Assembly: GCA_963737905.1 (NCBI GenBank)
Contig: CAVTUQ010000009.1
Location: 1-64,000, forward strand
Length of the DNA stretch: 64,000 bases
DNA from: an uncultured delta proteobacterium
GTDB lineage: Bacteria > Desulfobacterota > Binatia > UBA9968
Direction of reading: 5' to 3'
Position 1 is the stretch's first letter. Every line of letters starts with the position of its first letter. Positions 47,092 to 57,235 of this stretch are shown here, one piece after another. The notes under the pieces were generated by a model. It made no database searches, was not told where the DNA came from, and was given only the letters and a program-made list of their open reading frames with translations. The translations under genes were made by a program, and so were the position numbers.

Positions 47092-48588
47092 CTATTCTTC
47101 TTTCCGCAGTGCGAGGAACATCGTGTTGTCTTGGCGCTGTACCAAGAAGAGAACGCTCTTGCTCTGTGGGGTGCTTTCCACCGCCTTTCTATAGTCAGAC
47201 ACGTCTCGTATCGGCTTGCGATTGATTTCGCGGATGATATCGCCGGCTTGCAAGCCCGCTTCGTCGCCGACGCTGTCCGGCGCTACTGCGGTGATCACGA
47301 CTCCGCGCGTACTGTCTAGACCGAGGCTTTCGGCAACGGCAGGGGTAATTTGCTCCACTGTAAGTCCCAGGTCTCCTTTCTCGGTAGTCGCAGCCGCCAC
47401 TTCCTCTTCCTTCATTTTTTCGATGGTAACAGGAAGCGTCGTTTCCTTTTTGTCGCGGAGGACCTCGAGGGAGACGGTCTTACCCACCGGCGTGCCGGCC
47501 ACTAAAAAGGGCAGGTCATTAGCGTTGTTGATTTCTTTGCCCTGGTATCCGACGATGACATCTCCGGCCTTCATCCCAGCACGGTCTGCAGGACTGTTAT
47601 GTACGACGCTGCTAACCAGCGCCCCCTTCACCGTTTCTAGGCCTAGCGAAGCAGCAAGGTCCGGGGTCATACCTTGGATCGACACGCCAAGCCAGCCGCG
47701 CGTTACCTTTCCAGCGCTCTCGAGCTGGGGCAACAGTTCCTTGACCAGGTTGATCGGGATAGCAAAGCCGATACCGATATTCCCTCCCGACTCACTGAAG
47801 ATGGCACTGTCGATACCGACGACCTCGCCCCGCAAATTAATCAGCGGTCCGCCTGAATTGCCGGGATTTATGGAGGCGTCGGTCTGAATGAAATGGTCAT
47901 AGGGACCCGCTCCGATTTGTCTATCTTTGGCGCTGACGATACCCGAGGTCACGGTGTTGTCGAGACCAAAGGGATTGCCGATCGCCATAACCCATTCTCC
48001 CACCTCAAGCCGGTCCGAATCTCCTAGTTGAGCTGTGGGAAGATCTTGAGCGCTAATCTTAACGAGAGCGATATCTGTTTTCTGGTCCTTTCCTACTACT
48101 TTCCCACTAAATTCCCTGCCATCCGACAGCCTAACGGTGATCTTATCGGCGTTATCCACCACGTGATAGTTCGTCAGGATCAGCCCATTTTGCTGGAGGA
48201 TAAAACCGGAGCCAAGGCTCCTCTGTTTGAATTGTCCCCGAGGGGAAGGAGATCCAAAGAATCTTTTCGAGAATTCACCGAATGGATCGTTTTGATCAGG
48301 AGAATCCTGAGCGTCCACCCCTTTTGTGATCTGGGTCGTCGAGATATTTACAACCTCGGGCTTGAGTTTCTTCGCCAAGGCAACGAAGTCGGGGAGTCCT
48401 TGCGCTGCCGCTATCGGCTGGGGCTTCTGAACCGCAGCATTGCGAAAAGGATAGAGAGCCTCGATGCGCGAAAATCCACCATGACTGGTGCTCACTCCTA
48501 CTCCCAAACCTATAAGCAAGAACATCAAACTCAATGCGGCCACCGCATAACCCCATGGTCTGTTCTGCTTGTGTATCAACAGCTTCAT
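47092..48588 (-). CDS. degP: HtrA/DegP-DegQ serine protease, two PDZ domains
   Basis: LGSGF, TNYHVV, TDIAL, QTDASINPGNSGGPL. Confidence 0.93.
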   Translation of the reverse strand: MKLLIHKQNRPWGYAVAALSLMFLLIGLGVGVSTSHGGFSRIEALYPFRNAAVQKPQPIAAAQGLPDFVALAKKLKPEVVNISTTQITKGVDAQDSPDQNDPFGEFSKRFFGSPSPRGQFKQRSLGSGFILQQNGLILTNYHVVDNADKITVRLSDGREFSGKVVGKDQKTDIALVKISAQDLPTAQLGDSDRLEVGEWVMAIGNPFGLDNTVTSGIVSAKDRQIGAGPYDHFIQTDASINPGNSGGPLINLRGEVVGIDSAIFSESGGNIGIGFAIPINLVKELLPQLESAGKVTRGWLGVSIQGMTPDLAASLGLETVKGALVSSVVHNSPADRAGMKAGDVIVGYQGKEINNANDLPFLVAGTPVGKTVSLEVLRDKKETTLPVTIEKMKEEEVAAATTEKGDLGLTVEQITPAVAESLGLDSTRGVVITAVAPDSVGDEAGLQAGDIIREINRKPIRDVSDYRKAVESTPQSKSVLFLVQRQDNTMFLALRKEE

Positions 48589-48755
48589 TTGCTTTTCTCC
48601 TCATAAACCGCACGTAAACCGTAAAAACCTTGTCCTCAGATTTTCAAGACGCTTTCAGGATACTGTCCTTCAACGCCCCTCCTGTCTGCCGTCATTTTCG
48701 TTGCTCCGAATACACGGTCGACGAATCCGAAAACTTCACCGCTAAGAGACATATC

Positions 48756-48771
48756 AGCAAAACTTGCGCCA
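48756..48771 (-). promoter_or_regulatory. sigma54 promoter (degP-tatA)
   Basis: TGGCGC-AAGTT-TTGCT. Confidence 0.7.
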
Positions 48772-48944
48772 CGGATTGGCGTTCACATTGACCGGGCGAG
48801 CCATTCGTTTAAAAGGTGTGTGTAACTATGTGACTCATCAAAAACCTAGAAGTGTGGCCAAACGGCAAAATGGCAGGGCAAACTGTCTCAGTCTTGTGAA
48901 CTCCCATGAGCTCTGCGAAGCGGCAGCCCAGTGTTTTTGTAGAA

Positions 48945-48960
48945 TGGCATCCCTCTTGCT
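48945..48960 (+). promoter_or_regulatory. sigma54 promoter
   Basis: TGGCAT-CCCTC-TTGCT. Confidence 0.75.
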
Positions 48961-49000
48961 CAATTGCGAAAAACAGCAAAGAAAGAAAGGAGGTGAAATC

Positions 49001-49324
49001 ATGAAGAAGCTCAAAGCAAACTGGTCGATACTGCTCGTAGTCGGTGTTCTCGGAATAAGTGGTGCCGCCGTTGCCGCTGATGGTGTGGTGATTCAAGGGG
49101 AACTAAACCCGGGAAGTTATTGTCACGAGAAGTTTCCGGCGATGCGCACGCGCACCCTAGACGATAATCAACCCCAGCTGAAAGACTCAGGCACCGGAGA
49201 CGTAATCGACTACTATGGGCCGTGTGACGAGGATCCTGCGGGAGCAGATCAGATCGTGGCTCAAAAACTCGAACAGCAACACCACATGGAAGGGTCTAAA
49301 GGCGGAGAAAATGGTCGCTTTTGA
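49001..49324 (+). CDS. Small secreted protein, SYCHxKFP...IDxYGPC family
   Basis: AAGGAGGT RBS, signal peptide, two Cys; paralogue at 58028-58341. Confidence 0.8.
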   Translation: MKKLKANWSILLVVGVLGISGAAVAADGVVIQGELNPGSYCHEKFPAMRTRTLDDNQPQLKDSGTGDVIDYYGPCDEDPAGADQIVAQKLEQQHHMEGSKGGENGRF

Positions 49325-49461
49325 TTGAAGGGGCGAGGCGCTTGGTGACCCATGACGCCAGCTCGGCGGTGGAGGAGAGGTGTCCCTCTCCTCATACCGT
49401 TGGTCTATTGGTTTTTGACAGAGTGACGGTTCACAAGTGGACACAAAGGGAGGCAAAATCC

Positions 49462-49923
49462 ATGAACAAGATTGCAATTGGAAGCGTTGGTTTATTTCTT
49501 TTAGGCGCGAGTCCTGTTTTCGCGAATTCCGTAACGGATTCAGTTTTGCAGCCCGAAGTGCAAACTTACAACGGTATTCCGTATATGAGTGGTGGGTTTG
49601 GATTGGAAGAGCGGACCGAACTGCGGGCGATGAGTAAAAGCGATAACTTGGAGCTCAGTTTCGCGCTCAAAAATAAGGATTATTTGAGCGGCGCTGACGT
49701 TCTTGTTAAAAACGATCAAGGTAAAGACATCCTCAAAGCGGTGTCCGATGGTCCATTGTTTTTTACAAAGCTTCCAGCGGGAAAATACACGATCGAAGCA
49801 ACGGCGGAGGGCCGAACCAAAGAGCAGGTAGCCCAAGTGCCGGCCAAGGGTCAGACGCGAATCTATTTTGCGTGGAGGGAATCGAACCAGCGGCCCGCAA
49901 CTCAAAGTTTGGCAAAGAAGTGA
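49462..49923 (+). CDS. Secreted protein with carboxypeptidase-regulatory-like domain
   Basis: GGGAGG RBS; GIPYMSGG.G.EER, DGPLF...LPAGKYTIEAT. Confidence 0.75.
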   Translation: MNKIAIGSVGLFLLGASPVFANSVTDSVLQPEVQTYNGIPYMSGGFGLEERTELRAMSKSDNLELSFALKNKDYLSGADVLVKNDQGKDILKAVSDGPLFFTKLPAGKYTIEATAEGRTKEQVAQVPAKGQTRIYFAWRESNQRPATQSLAKK

Positions 49924-50346
49924 TCCTTGCATTCTGATTCTTTCGAGCAGGGGCCAGGAAAATTTCCGGTCCCTGCATTCTTTTTATAACCACAAGCACT
50001 AAGTGACTGACAGCTTGACTCGGGTCATGAAAGATACCTGGCTCCGGCTAGAAGCAGGGGAGCTGCGGTGCGTTGGACCCAGCGCTTGAGCCCGAGGGGT
50101 TTCACGAACATGTTGACCGCCATTTCATAGGGATAGTAGCTCCTAGCAAGAAGCCTCCAGCGCTGCGGTTCTTATGCCACGGCTCTAGCGATATACTTCT
50201 CGCTAAATAGCTTCCATCTGACGGTCCAGAAGTCATAGAGCCATTCCCACACAAGCTTGAGGCAAATTGGCTCTCCTGCCACACATCTTTGCCACGCTGC
50301 GCTCATCCAGAATGTTTTGATCAGCGAAAACTTCGTGAATGTTCTA

Positions 50347-50362
50347 TGGCATTCTTCTTGCG
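50347..50362 (+). promoter_or_regulatory. sigma54 promoter
   Basis: TGGCAT-TCTTC-TTGCG. Confidence 0.7.
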
Positions 50363-50404
50363 CTGTCTGCGGAGATTCCGTGCAGCATAAAATAAGGAGA
50401 ATCT

Positions 50405-50683
50405 ATGGCAGAACAAGCAAAAGTCGTTTCAATGGAACTTGAACAAAGACAGGCCCTACCTGAGTGCTCGTGGGACGAACTCAGCGAGCCAGGAACCTAT
50501 GTGGATAAAGAAACGGGAGATATTTATCGAATTCCCAAGGCGCTAATTCAAGAAGCAGCCCCGTTGATTCGCAGGGCGGGCTTACGGACGGCCAGACTTG
50601 TTCAGCTTAGTAAAAATCCTTTTATGACGAATTTTGTGGCCCGGATTACGTGTGCCGAGCATAGCATCAAATCCAACTTTTAG
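50405..50683 (+). CDS. Hypothetical protein
   Basis: AAGGAG RBS; EPGTYV...TGDIYRIP...LSKNPF motif. Confidence 0.75.
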   Translation: MAEQAKVVSMELEQRQALPECSWDELSEPGTYVDKETGDIYRIPKALIQEAAPLIRRAGLRTARLVQLSKNPFMTNFVARITCAEHSIKSNF

Positions 50684-50761
50684 TTCTTCACCGGGCGGGA
50701 CCCACGCCCTGGTTTCTACGGATTATTTAAGGGACGCTTCGCCGCCCTTTCCGGCCGATAC

Positions 50762-51178
50762 CTATTTAGATCGACAAGGGTGGGAGCTTTGTCGATCCGA
50801 AGAGTTCGAGTTTGCCTCTTTGATGGAGCCGCCCAAAGCTCTCGCGACCGTCTCGAGGAGACGCTCTGCGGCGAAGGGTTTGGACAAAAGTGGCACGCCG
50901 AGGTTTTGGGTTCTCTTCTGCAAGGCCTCGTCGGCAAAGGCAGAAATCAAAATGATCTTCGCTTGCGGATTATCCCTTTTGAGATCTTCAATGAGCTCTG
51001 TTCCTAGGACCAGCGGCATTCGCTCATCGAGAATAAAAAGGTCATAGGACTCGTAAAGCGACTTCTCGTATCCCGAGAGCCCGTCCGTGGTCCACACCAC
51101 TTGCATCCCTTTATTCTCCAGAACCTCGGCCAAAAGCTGACAGAAGGTCTCGTCGTCATCTACGATCAGAACACGCAC
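50762..51178 (-). CDS. Single-domain response regulator (CheY-like)
   Basis: GTG start after GGGAGG; VLIVDDD, LFILDERMP, ISAF, KPF. Confidence 0.88.
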   Translation of the reverse strand: MRVLIVDDDETFCQLLAEVLENKGMQVVWTTDGLSGYEKSLYESYDLFILDERMPLVLGTELIEDLKRDNPQAKIILISAFADEALQKRTQNLGVPLLSKPFAAERLLETVARALGGSIKEANSNSSDRQSSHPCRSK

Positions 51179-51203
51179 TATCTGCCTCCCCTCTTTGTGT
51201 GAG

Positions 51204-51219
51204 AGCAAGAAAGATGCCG
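51204..51219 (-). promoter_or_regulatory. sigma54 promoter (internal, for the single-domain RR)
   Basis: CGGCAT-CTTTC-TTGCT. Confidence 0.65.
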
Positions 51220-51324
51220 CCAGGCAATTTAGCGAGAGGCTTTCTGCGGACTTCTTCTCGGGTTTATGGGGCATAGGACCTCCACGCGGCTGCGGCGATG
51301 CTGCAGAAACAGGGGGCATTTGCC

Positions 51325-52719
51325 TCAGCCTTGCTTGAAAAACGGTTCGATTTTAAAGCGAGCGAGCATACGGTATAAAGAGCGCCGGTCGATATTCAGA
51401 GCTCTCGCGCTGCGGGACACGTTTCCCTGATTGTGTTTGAGGACATGAAGCACATAGCGCTTTTTAACCTCCTCCAAAGTCGGCGTATCGGGAAAAAGAA
51501 ATTGTTCATTCTGAGAGTTGATTTGAAAAGACTTTGCAGCCTCGTGATCACGTACCGCCTCCGGCAAATCGTCCGGCGTCAGTATCGATTGATAAGAGAG
51601 AGCGACCGCCTGCTCGATGGCATTTTCCAGTTCGCGAATATTTCCCGGCCAGCTATAGGCGGAGAGCAACTCCATCGCCTTGTCGGAGATGGCGGTTATG
51701 GATTTGGCGCTTTCTTGGCTGTAGTGCTGTAGAAAATGGCGGGCCAAAAGCGGGATGTCTTCCACTCGCTCCCGCAGAGGCGGGAGATGGATGGCGACCA
51801 CATCCAGACGGTAATATAAGTCTTGGCGAAAATTCCCTTTACTGACTGCTTCAGCTAAGTTGTGATTCGTGGCAGCAACAACCCGAACGTCTACCTTTAC
51901 CCAATCTTTGCCGCCGACGCGTCGGATCTCATGCTCTTGGAGGACGCGCAGGAGGCGAGCCTGCATGTTTGAGCTGATGCCGCCGATTTCGTCGAGAAAG
52001 CAAGTACCGCCTTGAGCTTCCTCAAAAACTCCTTTTTTGTCTGCCAGCGCTCCGGTAAAGGCGCCCCGCACATGGCCGAAGAGTTCACTTTCGAGAATCG
52101 TCTCGGTCAACGCCCCACAATCCACCGCTACAAAGGGGCGGTTGGCCCGCGGACTGTGCTGGTGAATCGCTCGAGCAATTAGTTCCTTGCCTGTTCCACT
52201 TTCGCCGAGAATAAGCGCGGTGCTTTTCGTCGGCGCGACCCGGGCTACGGTTTTATAGACTTCCAGCATGGCCGGACTCTTGCCAATGATCTTGCCGAGC
52301 TGCTGCGGGTTCTCCTCGTCCCCGCCGTTGCCCGTTTCCGCGCGCCGCTGCAATGCCCGCTGGGCTAATGCCCGCGATACCGTCTTTTTTAGCTCCGCCA
52401 AGTTCATAGGCTTCGAGATGAAGTCAAATGCGCCCTCGTGAATAGCCTCGACGGCGGTTTCAATGGATCCAAACGCGGTCATCACAATGATCGGCAACCA
52501 GGGATATTTTTCATGAACGATGCGGGTTACTTCCAAGCCTGATGTCCCCGGCATCCGGACGTCGATGATCAGCAAATCGGGCGTCTCTTCATGCAACCGC
52601 GAAAGCGCCACTTCCCCCGAGGTTGCTTGTTCCACCTGGAATCCTTCCGATTCCAATGTTTCGGCAAAAAGCTGGCAACTCACTACATCGTCGTCAGCAA
52701 TCAAAATATGCGCGCTCAT
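51325..52719 (-). CDS. sigma54-dependent response regulator (NtrC/AtoC/ZraR family)
   Basis: REC domain, GESGTGKE, ESELFGH..GAFTGA, WPGNIREL, Fis HTH. Confidence 0.96.
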   Translation of the reverse strand: MSAHILIADDDVVSCQLFAETLESEGFQVEQATSGEVALSRLHEETPDLLIIDVRMPGTSGLEVTRIVHEKYPWLPIIVMTAFGSIETAVEAIHEGAFDFISKPMNLAELKKTVSRALAQRALQRRAETGNGGDEENPQQLGKIIGKSPAMLEVYKTVARVAPTKSTALILGESGTGKELIARAIHQHSPRANRPFVAVDCGALTETILESELFGHVRGAFTGALADKKGVFEEAQGGTCFLDEIGGISSNMQARLLRVLQEHEIRRVGGKDWVKVDVRVVAATNHNLAEAVSKGNFRQDLYYRLDVVAIHLPPLRERVEDIPLLARHFLQHYSQESAKSITAISDKAMELLSAYSWPGNIRELENAIEQAVALSYQSILTPDDLPEAVRDHEAAKSFQINSQNEQFLFPDTPTLEEVKKRYVLHVLKHNQGNVSRSARALNIDRRSLYRMLARFKIEPFFKQG

Positions 52720-54062
52720 TCGGGTCCCTCGCTTAGGCCAGACTCTGTTGATCTCTCATCGCTTGGCAGATAGATCCGTACAGACGTGCCCTTTCCCACC
52801 TCACTTTTAATATCGATAGTGCCGCCGTGGGCCTTGACTATTTCCTGGCAGACCACCAGCCCCAGTCCGGTTCCCTTGCCGAACGGCTTGGTGGTCACGA
52901 AAAGGTCGAAAATTTTCGGCAGCAACTCCGCCGGTATTCCCGCGCCATTGTCCGTGATCTCTATATGGATCCCTGGACGTTTAGCCTCCGAAGCCGTGCT
53001 GGCGCGGGCGGCAATCTTCAAGCGGCCCCCTTCCTTGCTCGCGTTCATTGCGTTGTCGAGTACATTGATTAACACCCGTTCCAGCGAAGCGTCGTCTCCC
53101 CAAAGCATAGGAAGTGGCTCGGCCAACTCCGTCGTGACCTGCACTCCGTTTTGCTGGAAAATCGGGTTCAGTAAGAGGAGGGTCTCTCCCACCAGATCCT
53201 TCATATTGATCTGGCGCTTACGGGGAGAACCGCGTGTGTGAGAGAGGTAGTGTTGAATGATGCCTTCCATCCGTTGAACCTGGGTCTCAATAGTGTTGAG
53301 GCGGCGCCGCGCGCCTTCCGACAACGGCTCCTGAGCTAGCAGCTGGGTGTAGCCCAGCACGGAGTTCAACGGCGTGCCCAACTCATGGGCAATGGTTCCG
53401 GTCATGCGTCCAAGGGCGGCAAGCCGTTCCACTCGCCCCATCTCTTGCTGGACACCCCAGAGTTCGTTTTCGGCTCGCTTGCGCTCGACGATTTCGGCCC
53501 GCAACGATGCGTTGGCTTCGGCCAACTCCGCGGTCCGTTCTTGAACCCGTTCTTCTAACTCCGCATGCGCTTTACGCAATGCCTCTTCCGCGCGCTTTCG
53601 GGCTGCGGTCAGGTAACTGGTGATCGCGGCTACACCCGAAAATACGGTGAGACGCATAAAAGCCTGCCAATTGTAGTCGATGGAGTAAATCGGGGAGATA
53701 AAGAAATAGTCGAGAAACAAAGCGGAAAGGATCGTGGCGATCAACCCTGCTCCCAGACCGCCATACCATGCACTTACCATTACAGCGGCGAAGAACAGTG
53801 TGAAGTGACTCGGATCGGCGCGATACGGTAATAGCGACGCCAGAGCGAAGGCCAGCCCCACGCTTGCAATCGAAATCGCATACCGCATTACGGGGGGGCG
53901 GTTCTCAATCAGCATACGACCGCACCGCTTGAGAAAGGTGTGCTTGCCAATAGCTGAAAGAAGCATCTGAATCACGAGAAATAAACGTCCGAACTTTTGG
54001 GCGTGGTGAAAGATCGTCAGATGGCGATGTGTTCCAGTACGACCTCCATGCCACCCCGTCAC
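52716..54062 (-). CDS. Sensor histidine kinase (DUF4118-like TM sensor); true start probably near 53915
   Basis: Four TM helices, AHELGTPL, DNA, DNGAGI, FVTTK..GKGTGLGL. Confidence 0.92.
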   Translation of the reverse strand: MTGWHGGRTGTHRHLTIFHHAQKFGRLFLVIQMLLSAIGKHTFLKRCGRMLIENRPPVMRYAISIASVGLAFALASLLPYRADPSHFTLFFAAVMVSAWYGGLGAGLIATILSALFLDYFFISPIYSIDYNWQAFMRLTVFSGVAAITSYLTAARKRAEEALRKAHAELEERVQERTAELAEANASLRAEIVERKRAENELWGVQQEMGRVERLAALGRMTGTIAHELGTPLNSVLGYTQLLAQEPLSEGARRRLNTIETQVQRMEGIIQHYLSHTRGSPRKRQINMKDLVGETLLLLNPIFQQNGVQVTTELAEPLPMLWGDDASLERVLINVLDNAMNASKEGGRLKIAARASTASEAKRPGIHIEITDNGAGIPAELLPKIFDLFVTTKPFGKGTGLGLVVCQEIVKAHGGTIDIKSEVGKGTSVRIYLPSDERSTESGLSEGPE

Positions 54063-54283
54063 TCAATGTGGCTTCTTTCACTTTCACAAATTTCGTTCCA
54101 ATCCTAGCAACGGAAGTAATCTCGCTATTCTCAGCATCTTCAACGTCTACTTCAAAGAATTGGCCGGTGCAATAATGCCACACTTGCCACGCATTTCTGC
54201 CTCAAGTAATGCTCATTCTTGCCTCAACGGTTGCGGCCAAGAAAATTTCTCTTGCCACGGCGAGCTTCAATCCTTAGAAAGGA

Positions 54284-54299
54284 TGGCACAAAGATTGCC
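54284..54299 (+). promoter_or_regulatory. sigma54 promoter
   Basis: TGGCAC-AAAGA-TTGCC. Confidence 0.75.
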
Positions 54300-54357
54300 C
54301 CGCCGAAGAGATCATCATGCTCAGAGAACTATTGATCATGGTGATTTTTAAGGAGGA

Positions 54358-54564
54358 GTGATGAAGAATTCTAAAACAATTCGAGTACAAACAACTTTAG
54401 GCGAGCTTATCACGGTTTTGTGTGAAGAGACCCAAAATCTCTTTAACTTTAAAAGCAGCGAGAGGCAGCTGGTCGTTGCGTATATCTTGAATGATTTAAT
54501 AAGGAAGCCGGCTTATATAAGGCACAGGACGCGACCCAAAATAGGGGAGAGGAGCCAAGGGTAA
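54358..54564 (+). CDS. Small hypothetical protein
   Basis: AAGGAGG RBS; TTLGELI..L.EE...LVVAYILNDL. Confidence 0.65.
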   Translation: MMKNSKTIRVQTTLGELITVLCEETQNLFNFKSSERQLVVAYILNDLIRKPAYIRHRTRPKIGERSQG

Positions 54565-54952
54565 TGGAACGCAACCGAATAGGCGTCCAATGCGGTGGTT
54601 TTGGAAACTTGATCTCTGACCCGAACAAATGCAAACGGCATCTTTCCGGCGGCGTAAAAACGTGGATCTCTCATGGCCAATGCGGCGGTTTGAAAACTGG
54701 GAATAAACGTAGAGGTCCTCGCGGCGTGCTGGAGTCGGCAGAGCGCACGGGTGTGAGAAGCACAGAATAGGGCATTTTGCCGCGCTTTTTTGCCTTTGGG
54801 TCACACTTAGGTGTGAGTCTCAGTAAAGTTCTGGCTTCAGTTTTGATGGAATCGTTTTTTAGACCTTTGGCCGTTGCCCTTTTTCATTGTTGCCCTTCTT
54901 TTATTTCTGCTGCGAAAACCGAAGCCACGGAGCTCCGCCATCGTTTCGTTGC

Positions 54953-54968
54953 CGGCACTGATTTTGCG
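54953..54968 (+). promoter_or_regulatory. sigma54 promoter (mlaC)
   Basis: CGGCAC-TGATT-TTGCG. Confidence 0.7.
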
Positions 54969-54994
54969 CTCCCTTTCCTTCACGGAAGCGAGAC

Positions 54995-55591
54995 GTGAAA
55001 TCTAAACTCATAGCTTGCTTTACTGGAATTTTTATTTTATCGGTTCCCTCTTTGCTCTGGGCGGGTAAGCCGATGGATGAGATCCGTGTTGCCGTAACCA
55101 AGGCAATCCAGATCCTTAAAGAGCCCGAGATGAAGTCTAACCATCAAAGCAAAGAGATCGACGGACAAGTAGAGAAAATAATCGATCCTGTCTTTGACTT
55201 TAGGGAGATGGCAAAGCGCTCGCTCGGGATACACTGGAGAGATCTTACGCCTGAAGAGCGACAAGAATTTGTCCCCCTCTTTAAGGATTTTCTCGCGAAA
55301 GTTTACTTTGCCCGGATCGGATCCTATAACGGTGAGAAAGTCCGCTTTACCGGCGAAACCGTGGGGACCAACTACGCTGAAGTCGATACCCAGGTGATTA
55401 GGAGAAATGGCGATCAGATTCCTGTCGTCTATATGGTGAAACGCACAGATAGCGATTGGAAGGTCTATGACGTTATCGTGGACAACATCAGCATTGATAA
55501 CAACTATCGGTCTCAGTTCGACCGGGTGATTTCTAGGTCTTCTTACCAAGAACTCGTGAAACGGATCAAACAAAAAGTAGACGCGAGCTGA
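54995..55591 (+). CDS. mlaC: MlaC/Ttg2D phospholipid-binding periplasmic protein
   Basis: FDFREMAKRSLG..W......RQEF..LF, WKVYDVIVDNIS...NYRSQF. Confidence 0.88.
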   Translation: MKSKLIACFTGIFILSVPSLLWAGKPMDEIRVAVTKAIQILKEPEMKSNHQSKEIDGQVEKIIDPVFDFREMAKRSLGIHWRDLTPEERQEFVPLFKDFLAKVYFARIGSYNGEKVRFTGETVGTNYAEVDTQVIRRNGDQIPVVYMVKRTDSDWKVYDVIVDNISIDNNYRSQFDRVISRSSYQELVKRIKQKVDAS

Positions 55592-55799
55592 TCGCAATAA
55601 AAAAGCCCAGCACCCGGTATCTGTTGTTCCGTATGACGTGTTTATTGAGCGCGTTGATGGTGATGGCGCCGCGGGTTCGCAGCCAACCAGATAGTTAGTG
55701 CGAGACTTGATCATCCCTACCTAACCTCCGTAATACGATCAAAGTCCTAACTATTAGTTAGAAGCAGGCGAGGCCAGCAGCCCTGTAGCGACGTTCACC

Positions 55800-56438
55800 T
55801 CACTTCAACTTGGCCGGCACCGAGAACGGCTTGCTCGCATCCACCACGAACATGATCAGGGCGGTCAGATCGGTCGTGCCGGCGTTGAAGACTTGCATCG
55901 GCATGCCGGCCGGATGTCCATTCATCGAGTGGCCGGCCTCGACATAATCGACACCATGCGGAGTCCTTTGGCCCAGCCGGCCGGCGACCACGTAGAAGGC
56001 TTCGGAGCCCGGATGGGAATGCACCGGTGTCTTAGCCTCGGGCGGTCCGGACCCGTAGTTGAGGCGCAGCAGATACTCGGGCGCGGTGATCGCCGGCACG
56101 GGGCCGATCTCGGCGACCTTGCTGCCGCCGGGCGTCGAGGCGTCCTTGGGACCCAGCGTGACCACCCAGATCTTGCCGGCGACTTCAGCAATCAGGGCCG
56201 TCGTCGTCTCATACCGCACCGAATCCGGGTTCCACCCGTCGGGACCCACGGCGGCTTTCGCATCCGCAAGCGTGGGGAAATTCTCGACCCGCCAGTAGAG
56301 CGGGCCGGTCGGAAGTTGCTTGATCTTCTTCTGCGCGACCGGCTTGACGACATATTGCTGCTGTGTCGCCGCCGGCGACGGCAATGACCATAACATCGAA
56401 GCTAAAACCACGATCATACCGGTGAGAATCCGTTTCAT
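55800..56438 (-). CDS. Secreted cupin-domain protein
   Basis: Signal peptide; TPVHSHPGSEAFYV..G. Confidence 0.8.
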   Translation of the reverse strand: MKRILTGMIVVLASMLWSLPSPAATQQQYVVKPVAQKKIKQLPTGPLYWRVENFPTLADAKAAVGPDGWNPDSVRYETTTALIAEVAGKIWVVTLGPKDASTPGGSKVAEIGPVPAITAPEYLLRLNYGSGPPEAKTPVHSHPGSEAFYVVAGRLGQRTPHGVDYVEAGHSMNGHPAGMPMQVFNAGTTDLTALIMFVVDASKPFSVPAKLK

Positions 56439-56491
56439 GGGGACGCCTCCGTTCCGTGGGTTGCTTGAAGCTTTCGATTACCGGAATGGCG

Positions 56492-56507
56492 AGCAAAGTT
56501 CTTGCCA
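56492..56507 (-). promoter_or_regulatory. sigma54 promoter (cupin)
   Basis: TGGCAA-GAACT-TTGCT. Confidence 0.7.
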
Positions 56508-56726
56508 AGAACCACTGGACTGGAACACGAGAGTTTCCCGGATTTTTTCCTCAAAGAGGGAAGACGACTAGGCAGCCAGTGTGAGGCACAATTGCAGGAA
56601 AAGAGCCAGTTTGCCTCGCTGCGCGTTTAAACACAGCGGTTAGGTTTGACGATGCCACCCATAGCTTCTCGGCGAAGAAAAAAAGTACATTCTCTGCCAT
56701 CAAGAAAAAGAGAATACAAACGACGA

Positions 56727-57215
56727 TCATGGTCGTGGTGGTGTCGAAAGAGGAGAGGGGAGAGGTGGCGGCGCGTAAGCAGCGGGGAAGCCTGGAATCT
56801 GGTTGCCCTTGGCGTACATGCACTGCTCGTAGGCGATGTCGTAGCGTCGCTGGATAGTCCACGAGGCGCCATAGCCCGCGTTGGCGCCCACCGCGCTACC
56901 TGTAAGTAAGCCGGTCCCGGCACCCACAGCGGCTCCCGGTCCCGGACTACCAAAGGCTGCGCCGATCGCTCCACCTGCTGCGGCCCCCAGAGCGGTGCCG
57001 GCAGCAGCCCCAGTGATCGTGCTATTCTGCGTCGCCTGTTGTGGAGAAATCCCAACCTGTTGCTCGGCGTAATGCCGGCACAGAGTCTCTTCGCCTACGA
57101 AAAGATCGAAGGGCTTTCCGGGCGCAGGCATCACTGCAACGCTTGGCCCCAAGGGTAACTCAGCACAACCGGCGAGAAAAACTAAGCCCCAGATCAAAAT
57201 GGCATTGAGTCGCAT
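56727..57215 (-). CDS. Glycine-zipper lipoprotein
   Basis: Lipobox LAGC, GAAAGTALGAAAGGAIG, QRRYDIAYEQCMYAKGN. Confidence 0.85.
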   Translation of the reverse strand: MRLNAILIWGLVFLAGCAELPLGPSVAVMPAPGKPFDLFVGEETLCRHYAEQQVGISPQQATQNSTITGAAAGTALGAAAGGAIGAAFGSPGPGAAVGAGTGLLTGSAVGANAGYGASWTIQRRYDIAYEQCMYAKGNQIPGFPAAYAPPPLPSPLSTPPRP

Positions 57216-57235
57216 CGGGGTGCCTACTCCACCAT

